The position numbers were made by a program, and so were the translations under genes. Positions 14,002 to 24,904 of a stretch of DNA of 64,000 nucleotides are shown here, one piece after another; positions within the stretch are counted from its first letter, which is position 1; the number at the start of each line of letters is the position of its first letter. Source of the DNA: an uncultured Gemmatimonadaceae bacterium (GTDB lineage: Bacteria; Gemmatimonadota; Gemmatimonadetes; Gemmatimonadales; Gemmatimonadaceae); assembly GCA_963843845.1 (NCBI GenBank), contig CAWJMB010000002.1, forward strand, positions 992,001-1,056,000. The letters run 5' to 3'. The notes under the pieces were generated by a model. The model was not told the DNA's origin, did no database searches, and worked only from the letters and a program-made list of their open reading frames with translations.

Positions 14002-14072
14002 GGCTGAACCTCGGGGCGACGGGTTCGCGTCAGACGGGCGCGTTCGTCACGGCCATCACCAGGTCTCGACTC

Positions 14073-14331
14073 ATGCGCGCGCGCGATCCTGGATCGTGCT
14101 CGTCGCGGTGACTGCCGTGCTGCCTGACGTTTCGCAGGGCCAGCGACTCGCCGGCGGCTCCAGCCGTCCGATCCGCGTCGGCATCAACGGCGGCGCGGCC
14201 TCGCGATCCGACTCGGTCCGATCGACGGCGTCATCGAGGGACGCATCGCGAACGTCTACACGAAGCAGGAGACGTTCGGGAATCTGAAGAACGTGCAGTA
14301 CGTGCCGGTCACGTTCGGCTTCGTGTTTTGA
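14073..14331 (+). pseudogene. Internally deleted outer-membrane beta-barrel protein remnant
   Basis: Signal peptide and IRVGINGGA strand joined almost directly to a C-terminal ...YVPVTFGFVF* beta-signal; too short for a barrel; frame broken. Confidence 0.55.
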
Positions 14332-14405
14332 CAGAAGGAACAGAAGGAACCGAAGGAGATCATGAGCAGCGCTCGTCTTCTGTGCCTTCTGTTCCTTCTG
14401 TCAAA
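14327..14405. repeat. Palindromic REP-like element, copy 1 (perfect 21-bp arms)
   Basis: tttgacagaaggaacagaagg (14327-14347) and ccttctgttccttctgtcaaa (14385-14405). Confidence 0.85.
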
Positions 14406-15677
14406 GAATCCAGCCGCCGCTGCAGATAGCGGCGCTCCGGGCCTAACGCGGTGAGCGCGAGCGCGGCACGGTAGCTCTCCGCCGCTTCCGTTCGGCGCCC
14501 GGCGCGGCGCAGCAGGTCGGCGCGTGCGGCGGGGAGCAGGTGATAGCCGCGCAACGCGGCGAACGCGCCGCCGGCCGCGAAGCGATCGAGGAGCGCGAGG
14601 CCGGCGTCTGGCCCCTCGGCCATCGCGACGGCGACCGTGCGATTGAGCGCGACGACCGGCGACGGCGCGACGCGGTGCAGCACGGCGTACAGCGCCGCGA
14701 TCTGCCGCCAGTCGGTGTCCGCCGCGTTCAGCGGCTCGGCGTGCAGCGCGGCGATCGCGGCCTGCAGCGCGTACGCCGCCGAGGCGCGCGCCGCGCAGCG
14801 CCCGCTCGACGCGCGCGAGCCCCTCGGCGATCGTCGCGCGGTCCCATCGCGAGCGGTCCTGCTCGTCGAGCAGCAGCAGGTCGCCGTCGGGCGTCGTGCG
14901 CGTGTCGTGCCGCGAGTCGTGAAGCAGCATCAGCGCGAGCAGCGCGCTCGCCTCGGTCTCGTGCGGCATGAGCTCGACGAGCAGCCGCCCGAGGCGGATC
15001 GCCTCGGCGCACAGCTCGCGACGCACGAGCGAGTCGCCAGCCGTCGCGGCGTAGCCCTCGCTGAACACGAGGTAGACCACCGCGAGCACCGCGTCGAGCC
15101 GCGCGGCGCAGCGCGTCGCGCGGCGGGACGTCGTACGGAATGCGCGCCGCGCGGATCTTCTGCTGCGCGCGGACGAGCCGCTGCGCCATCGTCGCCACCG
15201 GCACGAGGAAGGCGCGCGCGATCTCGTCGGTCGACAGCCCGCACGATCGTGCGCAGCGTGAGCGCGACCTGCGCCTCGACGGCGAGCGCAGGGTGGCAGC
15301 AGGTGAAGACGAGCCGCAGCCGGTCGTCCTCGATGTCTGGCGCCTCGAGCGATCGCATCGGTCGGCGCGGCGCGCTGATACGCCTCGATCTCGGCGAGCG
15401 TCGCGAGCTCGTCGCGCTTGCGAGCGAGCGACGCGCGCCGCCGCAGGTGGTCGACCGCCTTGAAGCGCCCCGTGCTGACGAGCCACGCGCGCGGGTTCGC
15501 CGGCACGCCGTCCACCGGCCACCGCTCGACCGCCGCCGCGAACGCGTCGTGCATCGCGTCCTCGGCGAGGTCGAAGTCGCCCAACAGGCGGATGAGCGTC
15601 GCGACGATGCGACGCGCGTCGTCGCGATAGAGCTGTGCGATCGCGTCGCCCGTCGTGTCGCCCGTCGCGTCGATCAT
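14360..15677 (-). CDS. ECF42-type RNA polymerase sigma factor with C-terminal TPR extension (frameshifted)
   Basis: LGDFDLAEDA, WPVDGVPANPRAWL, DDRLRLVFTCCHPAL, MAQRLVRA, DQDRSRWD, SPVVALNR; downstream of a DGPF gene. Confidence 0.88.
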
Positions 15678-15722
15678 CGCGAACAGGTCGTGCGTGCGCG
15701 GCGCGATCGACGCCCGATGCCC

Positions 15723-16128
15723 TCACGCTCGCCGCGTGCGCCGCGCCCGCGTCGCTCGGCGCCTTGCTCATCTCGGCGGAGAAGTCGACGATCGGCCGCA
15801 CCTCGATCGGTGCCGATGCGCGACGACGGGATCCGCGCGGCGATCGCGATCGCCTCGTCGAGATTCGCCGCGTCGACGAGGTAGAAGCCGCCGAGCTGCT
15901 CGCGCGTCTCGGCGAACGGGCCGTCGGTCGTCTGCACTGCGCCGCCGCGCACGCGCACCGTCGACGCCGTCGCGATCGGCTGCAGCGCCTCGCCGGCGAC
16001 GTACTGGCCGCTCTCCCTGGATCGCCGTCGGTGAACGCGAAGTACTCGCCCATCATCGCCCTGCCTTCGTCCGGGGTCATCGTCTCCCAGCTCTTCTCGT
16101 CGTCGTAGATCAGGAGGACGTACTTCAT
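15723..16128 (-). CDS. YciI/DGPF family protein (frameshifted; 3' end approximate)
   Basis: MKYVLLIY, TDGPFAETREQLGGFYLVDA, IEVRP. Confidence 0.88.
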
Positions 16129-16196
16129 GGGACACGCTCCGGGTGGGTGGGAACAGGGGCCCGCGGCATACCGCGCGGTGCTGCACGTGCCCTCTA

Positions 16197-16223
16197 GTCG
16201 AACGACGGCGCCGCGATTCGACA
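16197..16223 (-). promoter_or_regulatory. Predicted ECF42 autoregulatory promoter
   Basis: Minus strand TGTCGA-N17-CGAC upstream of the DGPF gene, matching the ECF42 consensus as I recall it (-35 TGTCGA, -10 CG(A/T)C). Confidence 0.7.
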
Positions 16224-16255
16224 GCGAGCCGTCACGCGGCAAGAATGACCTGTCC

Positions 16256-16282
16256 GAACCTTTCGCGACAGCCGCGCCTCTC
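16256..16282 (+). promoter_or_regulatory. Possible ECF-type promoter for the 16311-17324 operon
   Basis: GAACC-N16-CCTCTC upstream of the GGAG RBS at 16301. Confidence 0.35.
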
Positions 16283-16310
16283 TCCAGTCGACCCCTGCCC
16301 GGAGACCCGC

Positions 16311-16436
16311 ATGACTGACACGCCCCTGTGCCGACGTCGCACGATCTCGCTGCGCGCCGCCGTCATCGCGTTCGCGATCGTCGAGGCCGTCGTGATCGTC
16401 GGCGCCCTCGCCGCCACCTACCTGCGCCGAGGGTGA
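16311..16436 (+). CDS. 41-aa single-TM small protein
   Basis: GGAG RBS then ATG 16311; MTDTPLCRRRTISLRAAVIAFAIVEAVVIVGALAATYLRRG; stop 1 nt before the next ATG. Confidence 0.6.
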   Translation: MTDTPLCRRRTISLRAAVIAFAIVEAVVIVGALAATYLRRG

Positions 16437-16437
16437 C

Positions 16438-16746
16438 ATGACCACCTCTCCCGACCTGGACGCGATCCGCTCCGGCGTGCTCGATCGCATGGAGCGCAAC
16501 GCGTCGAACATGCGGCTCGCGATCGGCGGCGCAGCGTGCGTGGAGCTGGGGCTGCTCGTCTACGCGCTGCTGACCATCGACTTCTCGGTGCGACTCGAGA
16601 AGGCGATCTTCGTGCTCGTCGTGCTGCTGTACACGATCATCCTCCTCGGCCTCGCGGCGCTCGGTGCGCACGTGTCGCGCGTGGGCGACCGCGTGCTCGC
16701 GGCGCTCGCCGCGCTCGCCGCGCTGCCGCCGTCGACGCCGCGGTGA
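16438..16746 (+). CDS. 102-aa two-TM membrane protein (candidate anti-sigma)
   Basis: Short soluble N-terminus plus two hydrophobic helices; GTGA overlap with the sigma start. Confidence 0.7.
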   Translation: MTTSPDLDAIRSGVLDRMERNASNMRLAIGGAACVELGLLVYALLTIDFSVRLEKAIFVLVVLLYTIILLGLAALGAHVSRVGDRVLAALAALAALPPSTPR

Positions 16747-17324
16747 TCGATGGCGCGGCGCTCGCGCTGCTCGTCGGGCGCGCGCAGTGCGGCGACCCGC
16801 GCGCGCTCGACGCGCTGCTGCGCGCGCTGCAGGCGCCGCTCTGGGCACACGTCCGCGCGATCGTGCGCGACGACGGCGCGGCGGAAGAGGTGCTGCAAGA
16901 CGCGCTGCTGCACGTCGCGCGGCGACTGCCGTCGCTGCGCGAGCCGCGCTGGCTGCGTGCCTGGGCCTACCGCATCGCGACGCGACTCGCCGTCCGCCGT
17001 GCGCAGCGTGACCGCCGGTGGGGCGACCTGTTCGGCGACGACGACGTCGCGTCGTTGCCCGCGCCGGCCGAGGAGCCGCGCTTCGACCCGGCACTGATCG
17101 CCGCGCTCCCCGCGCACGTCGACGCGCTCTCGCCAGCCAGCGCGGTCGTGCTGCGCATGCACTACCTCGACGAGCTGACCTACGTCGAGATCGCCGAGGC
17201 GTTGGAGCTGTCGGTGGGGACGGTGAAGTCGAGGCTCGCGTACGGCCTCGCGTCGCTCCGACGCACCCTCGCCGCGAGCAGCGCGTCGATCGCCGAGACG
17301 TCCGCCGGGCGCTGGAAGAAGTAG
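16743..17324 (+). CDS. ECF RNA polymerase sigma factor
   Basis: [25 protein letters not shown] (region 2); [21 protein letters not shown] (region 4); GTG start. Confidence 0.85.
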   Translation: MIDGAALALLVGRAQCGDPRALDALLRALQAPLWAHVRAIVRDDGAAEEVLQDALLHVARRLPSLREPRWLRAWAYRIATRLAVRRAQRDRRWGDLFGDDDVASLPAPAEEPRFDPALIAALPAHVDALSPASAVVLRMHYLDELTYVEIAEALELSVGTVKSRLAYGLASLRRTLAASSASIAETSAGRWKK

Positions 17325-19291
17325 CCCTGGCCCGAGGTCGCAGCGCAGCGTCGCGCAGGTGCTCGATCTGCGCCGCCGTCTCCATCCCTTCGGCGACGAC
17401 TTCCATGCCGAGCGTGCGGGCGAGCGCGATGATGCCGCGCACGATCTCGCGGCTCTCGCCGTCGCGCTCCATGCCGTCGATGAACGAGCGGTCGATCTTG
17501 AGCGTCTGCGAGCGGGAAGCGGCGCAGGTAGCTGAGCGACGAGTAGCCGGTGCCGAAGTCGTCGATGCTGAAGCGCACGCCGATCGCGCGTAGCGCCTCG
17601 AGCACCTCCTGCGTGCGCGTCGCGTTCTCCATCGCCGCGCTCTCGGTGATCTCGAGCTTGAGCGCGGTCGCGCTCGAGCCCCGCCGCGCTCAACGCATCG
17701 CTGCACGCGCTCGACGATGTCCGGCTGCGCGAACTGTCGCGGCCGAGACGTTGACCGCGATCGTGAGGTCGCCGGCGTCGGGGAATCGCGTCTGCCACGC
17801 GCGCATCTGTCGGCACGCCTCGCGCAGCACCCACTCGCCGATCGGCACGATGAGCCCGCTCTCCTCGGCGACGGGGATGAAGTCGACGGGCGAGACGAGC
17901 CCGCGCTGCGGGTGCGTCCAGCGCAGCAGTGCCTCGAAGCCGCGGATGCGCTCCGTATCGAGCGCGACGATCGGCTGGTAGACGAGGCGGAACTCGTTCG
18001 CGCTCGATCGCGCGCCGCAACTCGCTCTCCAGTCGCAGTCGCGCCATCGCCTGCGCGTGCATGGCGGAGTCGAACAGCTCGGCGCGGGCGCGGCCGGCGC
18101 CTTTGGCGCGGTACATCGCGGCGTCGGCGTTGCGCAGCACTCGTCGGCGCTCGTGAGGCCGGCGCGTGTCGGTCGCGATCCCGATGCTCGCTGACGTCAC
18201 GATCTCGTGCCCGTCGATCTCGAACGGCGTCTCGAGCGCGTGCTGACAGCCGCGCCGCCACGCGGAACGCGTCGCTGTCGTCGGTGATGTCGTCGAGCAG
18301 CACGGTGAACTCGTCGCCGCCGAGTCGGGCGAGCGTGTCCTCGCCGGACGTGCGCTCGCCGGGCGCGCGCGGCTGCAAGTCGTCGCGTCGCAGGCAGCCG
18401 CTCAGGCGCCCGCGCCACACCCTGCACGAGCCGATCGCCGGCGAGGTGGCCGAGGCTGTCGTTGATCAGCTTGAAGCGGTCGAGGTCGAGGAAGAGCACC
18501 GCGAAGCGATACGACGGGTGCCGCCGCGCGCGCTTGATCGCGATGTCGAGGCGCTCGCGGAAGAGCGCGCGGTTCGGGAGCCCGGTGAGCGCGTCGTGAA
18601 AGGCGTCGTGGTACAGCCGCTCCTCGGCGCGCTTCCGCTCGAACACGCGGCCGAGCTGCGTGCCGATCTGGAGCGCGAGGCCGAGCAAGCGCGGGTCCGG
18701 CGGCTCGACCGAGTCGGTGAAGAACTCGAGCACCGCGCCGACCTGCGCGCCGACGAGCACCGGGAAGCCGAAGGCGGCGCGCACGCCGGCCGCGCGGGCG
18801 TACGGGGCGCGGGGAAAGTTCGCGTCCTCGGTGACGTTCGGGATCCAGAGCGGCGTCGCGCTCTCGAGCACGCGGCCCGGCAGCCCGACGCCGCGCGCGA
18901 ACGCGGCGTGCGCGCTCGCCTCGATGAACGGGCCGTAGCGGTCGGAGGCGTCGCAGTGCCACACGCCCGACGACCGCATCGTGCTGCCGCCGTCGCTCGC
19001 GAGCAGCGCATGGCCGATCGCCCAGTTCGTGTAGCCGCAGAGCTGCGCGAGCGCGAAGCGCGTCACGGCCTCGACCGACGTCGCGCGGTTCGCCTCCGCC
19101 GTCACGTCGCCGAGCAGCACGATGTCGCGCTGCCGGTCGTAGAGCTCGCGCAGCCCGCGCTCGGCGACCGACTCGGCTTCGAGTCGCGCCGTGCGCTCGC
19201 GTTCGAGCCGCCGCGTGAGGCGCTCGATCCGCGCCGCCGCGTCGTCGACGGACGTGGCGGCGGACGCCTGATCAGGCCACTGCAGCGACAC
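17180..19291 (-). CDS. Coiled-coil-GAF-GGDEF-EAL c-di-GMP enzyme (multiple frameshifts)
   Basis: [14 protein letters not shown] coiled coil, GAF (GVGLPGRV), [42 protein letters not shown]. Confidence 0.85.
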
Positions 19292-19832
19292 GCGCGGCGG
19301 CGAAGGCGAGCTCGAACGTGCAGCACTCGTCGCCGCGGTGCATGCACGTCGACTGCGAGATCGTGACGTCCTCGTCGAAGTAGTCCGCCGCGCCGAACAC
19401 GAAGCCCTCCGCGAGCGCGCAGAGCGTGCGCGCCGAGCGGTACTCCATGACGATCGCGTCGCCGGTGGACGGTCGGAAATAGAACGTCGGCACGTCGGCG
19501 CCGGGGTAGAGCTTCCGCACCTCGGGGTGGATGATGTCGTTCAGCGTGAGCAGGAACCGTCGCGTCGATCCGGTGCGGTGAAAGAAGCCCGGATACTTCT
19601 GCGCGAGCATCGGCATCGCGCCGCGCCCGAACCATCGCAGGATGTCGGCGGCCGGCCTGTCGAGCGCCGTCGACGCGGCCGCCACGAGTCGCATCATCTC
19701 CGCGTCCGGGTAGCTGCCGAGCGACGTGTACGCGCCGTTCGCGCCCGCCGCGTCGATCAGGTCGTCCCACACGTCGTCGCCGAACTCTCGGCGCACGAGG
19801 TCGCCGAGCAGATTGAACACGATTCCCTTCAC
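19272..19832 (-). CDS. hnoX: H-NOX (heme NO/O2-binding, HNOB) sensor protein
   Basis: KGIVF N-terminus, proximal His (IIHPEVRKLYP), YxSxR (YRSAR), C-terminal CMHRGDECC; GTG start. Confidence 0.9.
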   Translation of the reverse strand: MKGIVFNLLGDLVRREFGDDVWDDLIDAAGANGAYTSLGSYPDAEMMRLVAAASTALDRPAADILRWFGRGAMPMLAQKYPGFFHRTGSTRRFLLTLNDIIHPEVRKLYPGADVPTFYFRPSTGDAIVMEYRSARTLCALAEGFVFGAADYFDEDVTISQSTCMHRGDECCTFELAFAAARVAAVA

Positions 19833-20037
19833 GTCGCCGGCTCTCGAAGTCGGATCGCGGCCCATCCGCGGTCACGGGGTGAGACGAGCGGCGCGACGCC
19901 GGGCAACGGGTGGATCGGCAGCGTCGCGGCGTCGCCGGCCGGCCACCGTGTCGTCGTCGTCCCGCCCTCGTGCGACGCGAGCCGAGCGGCGGAGCGGGCG
20001 GACTATCTTTCGCGCCCGCTCACGCCATCCGCCTGCC

Positions 20038-22397
20038 ATGCTCGCCGCACTCGTCGTCGCGTTCGCCGCCGCCCGATTCGCCCAGCCTCCGATCTACGAC
20101 GGCCGCAGCGGCCGGCTCGACGTCGCCGCCGTCCGCGTCGACACGACGATCGCGGTCGACGGGCGCCTCGACGAGGCGGTGTGGCGGCGAGCGGCGCGGC
20201 TCACCGGGTTCTCGCTGTACCAGCCGGTCGACGGCCGGCCGGCGCCCGACTCGACCGAGGTGCTGCTCTGGTACTCGGCGACGGCGATGCACGTGGGAGT
20301 CCGCGCGTTCGAGCCGCACGGCGCGGTGCGCGCGACGCTCGCCGACCGCGACCGCGTGAGCGCCGACGACAACGTCGAGATCCACTTCGACACGTTCGAC
20401 GAGCGGCGGCGCGCCGTCGTGTTCATCGTCAACCCGTTCGGGATCCAGGCGGACGGCACGAAGAACGAGGTCGGCGGCTTCATCCCCGGCTCGAACGTCT
20501 CGCCGGGGCAGACGGACCTGAGCGCCGACTTCCGCTGGCAGTCGAAGGGGCGGCTCGTCGACGGCGGCTACGAGGTGGAGCTGCGCATCCCGTTCAGCAG
20601 CGATGCGCTATCCGTTGGGCGCGACGCAGCGGTGGGGCGTTCAGGTCGATGCGCCGCGTGCAGCACAGCGGGCTACGAGCAGACGTGGACGCCGGCGCGC
20701 CGCGCGTCGGCGTCGTTCATCGCGCAGGAAGGGCACCTCGTCGGGATGACCGGGATGCGGCACGGGCAGGTCGTCGAGCTGAACCCGGAGCGTGACGAAC
20801 ACCGGCGGCCGGCGCCTCGCGGGCGGTCACCGGCGTCGACCCGGGGTGGCGCTACACGAGCGACCCGCGCGTCGGCGGCAACGTGCGCTGGGCGGTCGGC
20901 AGCAACTTGGTCTCAACGGCACGGTACGCCCCGACTTCTCGCAGGTCGAGGCCGACGCGACGCAGGTCGCGGCGGACCAGCGGTTCGCGCTGTTCTATCC
21001 CGAGCGGCGGCCGTTCTTCGTCGAGGGGAGCGATCAGTTCAACGTGCCGAACACGCTCGTCTACACGCGGCGCATCGTGCAGTCCCGAGGCGGCGGCTGA
21101 AGGTGACGGGAACGTTCGGGCGGACGAACGTCGCGGTGCTGTCGGCCGTCGACGACGAGGCGACGACCCGCGACGGATCGCGCGCCGTTCGTCGGAGATC
21201 GTGCGCCTCACGCGCGACTTCGGCGCGCAGTCGACAGCGGGGCTTGTCGTACAGCACGCGGACGAGCGGCAGCGCGGGAGAACCACGTCGTCGGCGCCGA
21301 CGCGCGGCTCCTGTTCAACCGGCTCTACTACGCGCAGTTCCAGGCGGTGCAGAGCCTCGACCGGCACGGGCGCCGGTGACCGCGACGTGCGCAGCGCGCC
21401 GATGTTCGAGGCGGTCGTCGACCGCACGGGGCGCGCCTACGGCTTTCACTACAACCTGCTGGGCGTCGGCCCGCGCTTCGAGGCGGACAACGGGTTCGTC
21501 GCGCGCACGGGATTCGTGCAGCCGAACGTCGCGAACCGCTTCACGATCTTCGGCCGCCCGGGCGGGCTGTTCGAGCGATACAACCTGTTCGTGACGGCGA
21601 ACGCGATCTGGCGCTACGACGACTTCTTCGCCGGCCGCAGCCTGCTCGAGGACCGCGTCGGAGTCAGCAACACGGTGACGTTCCGCCGCGGCTGGTCGGT
21701 GAGCGTGAACCCGGCGACGGCGAGCTACGCGTTCGACCCGGCGCGCTACGCGTCGCTCTACGCGCCCGGCCCGTCGTTCGCCGACGCGCCGGTCCCCTTC
21801 GCGCCCTCCGATCGCCTCGCCACGTTCGGCAGCACGTTCTCGGTCGCGACGCCGCAGTTCCGTCGCTTCTCGGCGTCGCTCAGCACCTCGCTCGTCAACG
21901 ACGTCGATTTCCTGAGACGGCGCGCGCCCGGCGCCGCGACGTCAACGCCTCGCTCGACGTGCGGCCGAACGAGCGGATGCGCGTCACCGCGACCTACGTC
22001 GGCTCGCGCTTCACGCGACGCGCCGACGGGACCGCGTCGCTCGTGACGCGCATGCCGCGAGTGGGGCCGAGTACCAGCTGCGCGGTCCGGTGTTCGTGCG
22101 CGTCGTGTCGCAGTACGAGTCGACGCAGCGCGAGGCGCTACGCGACCCGCGGACCGGGCGCGCTGCTGCTCGTCCGGCAGCCGACCGGCACCTACGCGCC
22201 GTCGACTGCGAGCCGAACCAACGTGCTCCGCACGGACGCGCTGTTCTCGTACCGCCCGCGTCCGGCACGGTGCTCTTCGCCGGCTACGGCAACACGCTCG
22301 CCGAGCCGACGCGCTCGCCTTCCGCGACCTGCGGCGCACGAACGACGCGTTCTTCGTGAAAGGGAGCTACGTGTTTCGCTGGCTGTCGGGCGGCTGA
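20038..22397 (+). CDS. CBM9-like + DUF5916-type outer-membrane protein (many frameshifts)
   Basis: VDGRLDEAVW, NPFGIQADG, YEVELRIPF, PDFSQVEAD, RFALFYPERRPFFVEG, YTRRI; C-terminal FFVKGSYVF. Confidence 0.75.
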
Positions 22398-22401
22398 GCG
22401 C

Positions 22402-23254
22402 TCACCCGGCCACCGCGTCGACCCCGATCACGGCGAGGTCGTCGTCGCCGTGGCCGTCCGCGATCAGCGCGTCCATGCGCGCCGCGAGCGCCGGGAGGAC
22501 GGCGAGCGGACGGTCGCCGGCCGTCTCGATCATGAGCCGCACGTCCTTGCGCGCCATCGCCAGCTCGAAGCTCGGCGCGAAGTTGCCGCGCGACGATGTT
22601 GCGGCCGCGGCCGCGGATCATGGCGCTCGGGTCGAACAGGCCGACCACGTCGAGGGCGTCTGCCGGCGACGCGCCGGCGCTCGGCGCGACGCTCAGGACG
22701 TCGGCGACGAGGCCCGCGATGCCGATGATGAACGCGTTGCCGCACAGCTTGTAGACCGCCGCGAGGTCGGGGCGCTCGCCGAAGTACTCGACGCGCGGCG
22801 CCATGCGCGCGAGGTCGTCGTGCACGGCGTCGAAGAGGGCGCGCGGACCCGAGGCGAGGATCGTTCCCTGCGTCTGGCGCGCCGCGGCGGGGCCGATGAA
22901 CACGGGGCAGTGCAGATAGCGAACGCCCTCCGCGTTCAGCCGCGCGGCGCGCGCGGCGGTCAGCGCGGGCTGCGTCGTCGTGTGGTCGACGATGATCGCG
23001 TCCGGCGACAGGCCGGGGCGCGCCGCGGCGATCACCTCGTCGACGACGGCGTCATCCTTCAGGACGAGATGGACGATGCGCGCCCCGCGCACCGCGTCCT
23101 CGGGCGACTCGGCGACGCGCACGCCGAAGGGGGCGAGCGCCCGCGCCTTCTCGATCGTGCGATTCCAGACGGCGAGCCGCTCGCCGCGCGTCGCTGCCGC
23201 TTCGATGAAGGCGCTGCCGAGCAGCCCGGTGCCGAGGTAGGTGATGGTCGTCAT
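22402..23254 (-). CDS. NAD(P)-dependent 3-hydroxyisobutyrate/6PGD-family oxidoreductase (frameshift near 22590)
   Basis: YLGTGLLG, VWNRT, PVFIGP, YKLCGN, LAMARKDVRL. Confidence 0.85.
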
Positions 23255-23283
23255 GCGCGAAAGTTAGCGCCGCGCGCGACGGC

Positions 23284-23796
23284 TCACCTGAAGAACGTCA
23301 CCGCCGTCTCGTCGAAGACGAGCCTCGCCGCGCCGCTCGGCAGCTCGTGGCCGCGCGCGTGCTCCGCGACGAGCACCCGCGCGAAGCGGGTCGCGATCCA
23401 GCCGTCGAGCACGCGGTCGAGCATCCGCGAGCCGTAGGGCGGGTCGACGAACGCGACGTCGTAGGCGCCCGCGCCTAACGCGCCGGCGAACGGGAGTGCG
23501 TCGCGCTTGTAGATGCGCGTCCGGTCGCGTACGCGCAGCGCGGCGACGTTCGCGCGGAGGGCGTGCAGACTCGCCGGCCGCGTCTCGACGAAGTCGGCGC
23601 TCCGCGCGCCGCGCGACAGTGCCTCGAGGCCCAGCGCCCCGGTCCCCGCGAACAGGTCGAGCACCCGCGCGTCGCGCACGTCCGCGCCGAGCCGGTCGAG
23701 CACGGCGGCGCGGACGTGCTCCGCGGTCGGGCGCACGCGGAAGTCGTTCGGCGAGGTGAGGTCGCGCCCGGCGAACTTGCCGCCCACGATGCGCAC
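23284..23796 (-). CDS. rsmD: 16S rRNA m2G966 methyltransferase
   Basis: RIVGG, RPT, LDLFAGTGALGLEALSRGA, DPPY. Confidence 0.9.
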   Translation of the reverse strand: MRIVGGKFAGRDLTSPNDFRVRPTAEHVRAAVLDRLGADVRDARVLDLFAGTGALGLEALSRGARSADFVETRPASLHALRANVAALRVRDRTRIYKRDALPFAGALGAGAYDVAFVDPPYGSRMLDRVLDGWIATRFARVLVAEHARGHELPSGAARLVFDETAVTFFR

Positions 23797-23818
23797 GCGC
23801 GCCCCGCGCGCGCGACGG

Positions 23819-24773
23819 TCAGTGCTGCCCCGGTTCCTTCGTGACCGGCATGCCGATCTTCATGCGCGCGTTCGGGCGCGTGAACGCCGCCGGCGGGTTG
23901 TGCGCCGTCGCCAGCTCGTAGGCGCGCTGGTAGTGCCCCTTCGCCGACGCCGCGTCACCTTTCTTCTCGAGCGTCGTCGCGAGCAGGTAGTGCATGAACG
24001 GATCGCTCGCGTTTCCCTGGATCCCGAGCGCGCGCGTGAGGTCGGCCTCGGCGGTCGCGAGGTCGTTCGTGTACAGCGCGACGTAGCCTGTGAGATACGG
24101 AAAGAACCGCTCCTGCGCACCGGCCATCGCGGGGTCGCTATCGAGGACCTTTCGCGCCTCGGCGACGTGGCGCAGCGCCTCGGCCCTGTTGCCGCGGCGC
24201 GCCGCGAGGCGGGCCAGCGCGTGCTCGGTGCGGTACGCCCAGAGACTCGCCGGATGCGTGCGCGGCGCGGGCTCCTTAGTTCCCGAGCTCCCGGCCGGCC
24301 TTGTACCACCGCTCGGCCTCGTCGAGCTTGCCGACGTCGATGCAGACGCGCGCCGCCTCGTTCGCCATCTCGCCCTGCTGGTAGAACGCGTTCTGCGGCT
24401 CCGCCTGCTCGCGCGTCTTCCAGTAGTCGATCACCATCTGCTCGTAGCTTCATCGTGTTCGCGCAGTCGCCGTCGAACGCGTACGACATCGCCATCGCGC
24501 GCTGCGCGGCCGCCTTCGCCGCGGGGTCGGGCGCCTCGTCGATGAGCCGCTGGAAGAGGACGCGCGCCTCCTTCGTTCGCCCCTGCGTGTCGAGCTGACT
24601 CGCCTCGCGCGTCAGCTGCGTGCGCGGGGGTGCGCCGGCTGCGCCGGCTGCGCCGCAGGCTGCCCCGCCGGCTGCTGCGCGCCGAGCGCGGGCGCGACGA
24701 GGGCGGCGGAGACGAGAAGCGTCGTGAGCGCGGCCGCGAGGCGGTGCGACGGCGGAGTGGTGTGCGAGCGCAT
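23819..24773 (-). CDS. Secreted TPR-like helical protein (frameshifted)
   Basis: Signal peptide, Q/P/A linker, helical repeats (YLTGYVALY, YLLATTLEKKGD) over three frames. Confidence 0.65.
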
Positions 24774-24904
24774 GCGAGCGGTCCTCGAAGGTGTCGGAGA
24801 ACGGACAGTCGCGAAGTGTAACGCGCCGCGTCGGTCGCTCGCTGTCAGACGGATGCGTACACGGCGTTAGCTTTCCGCCCGGATCCACCACCGCTCATTC
24901 CGGC

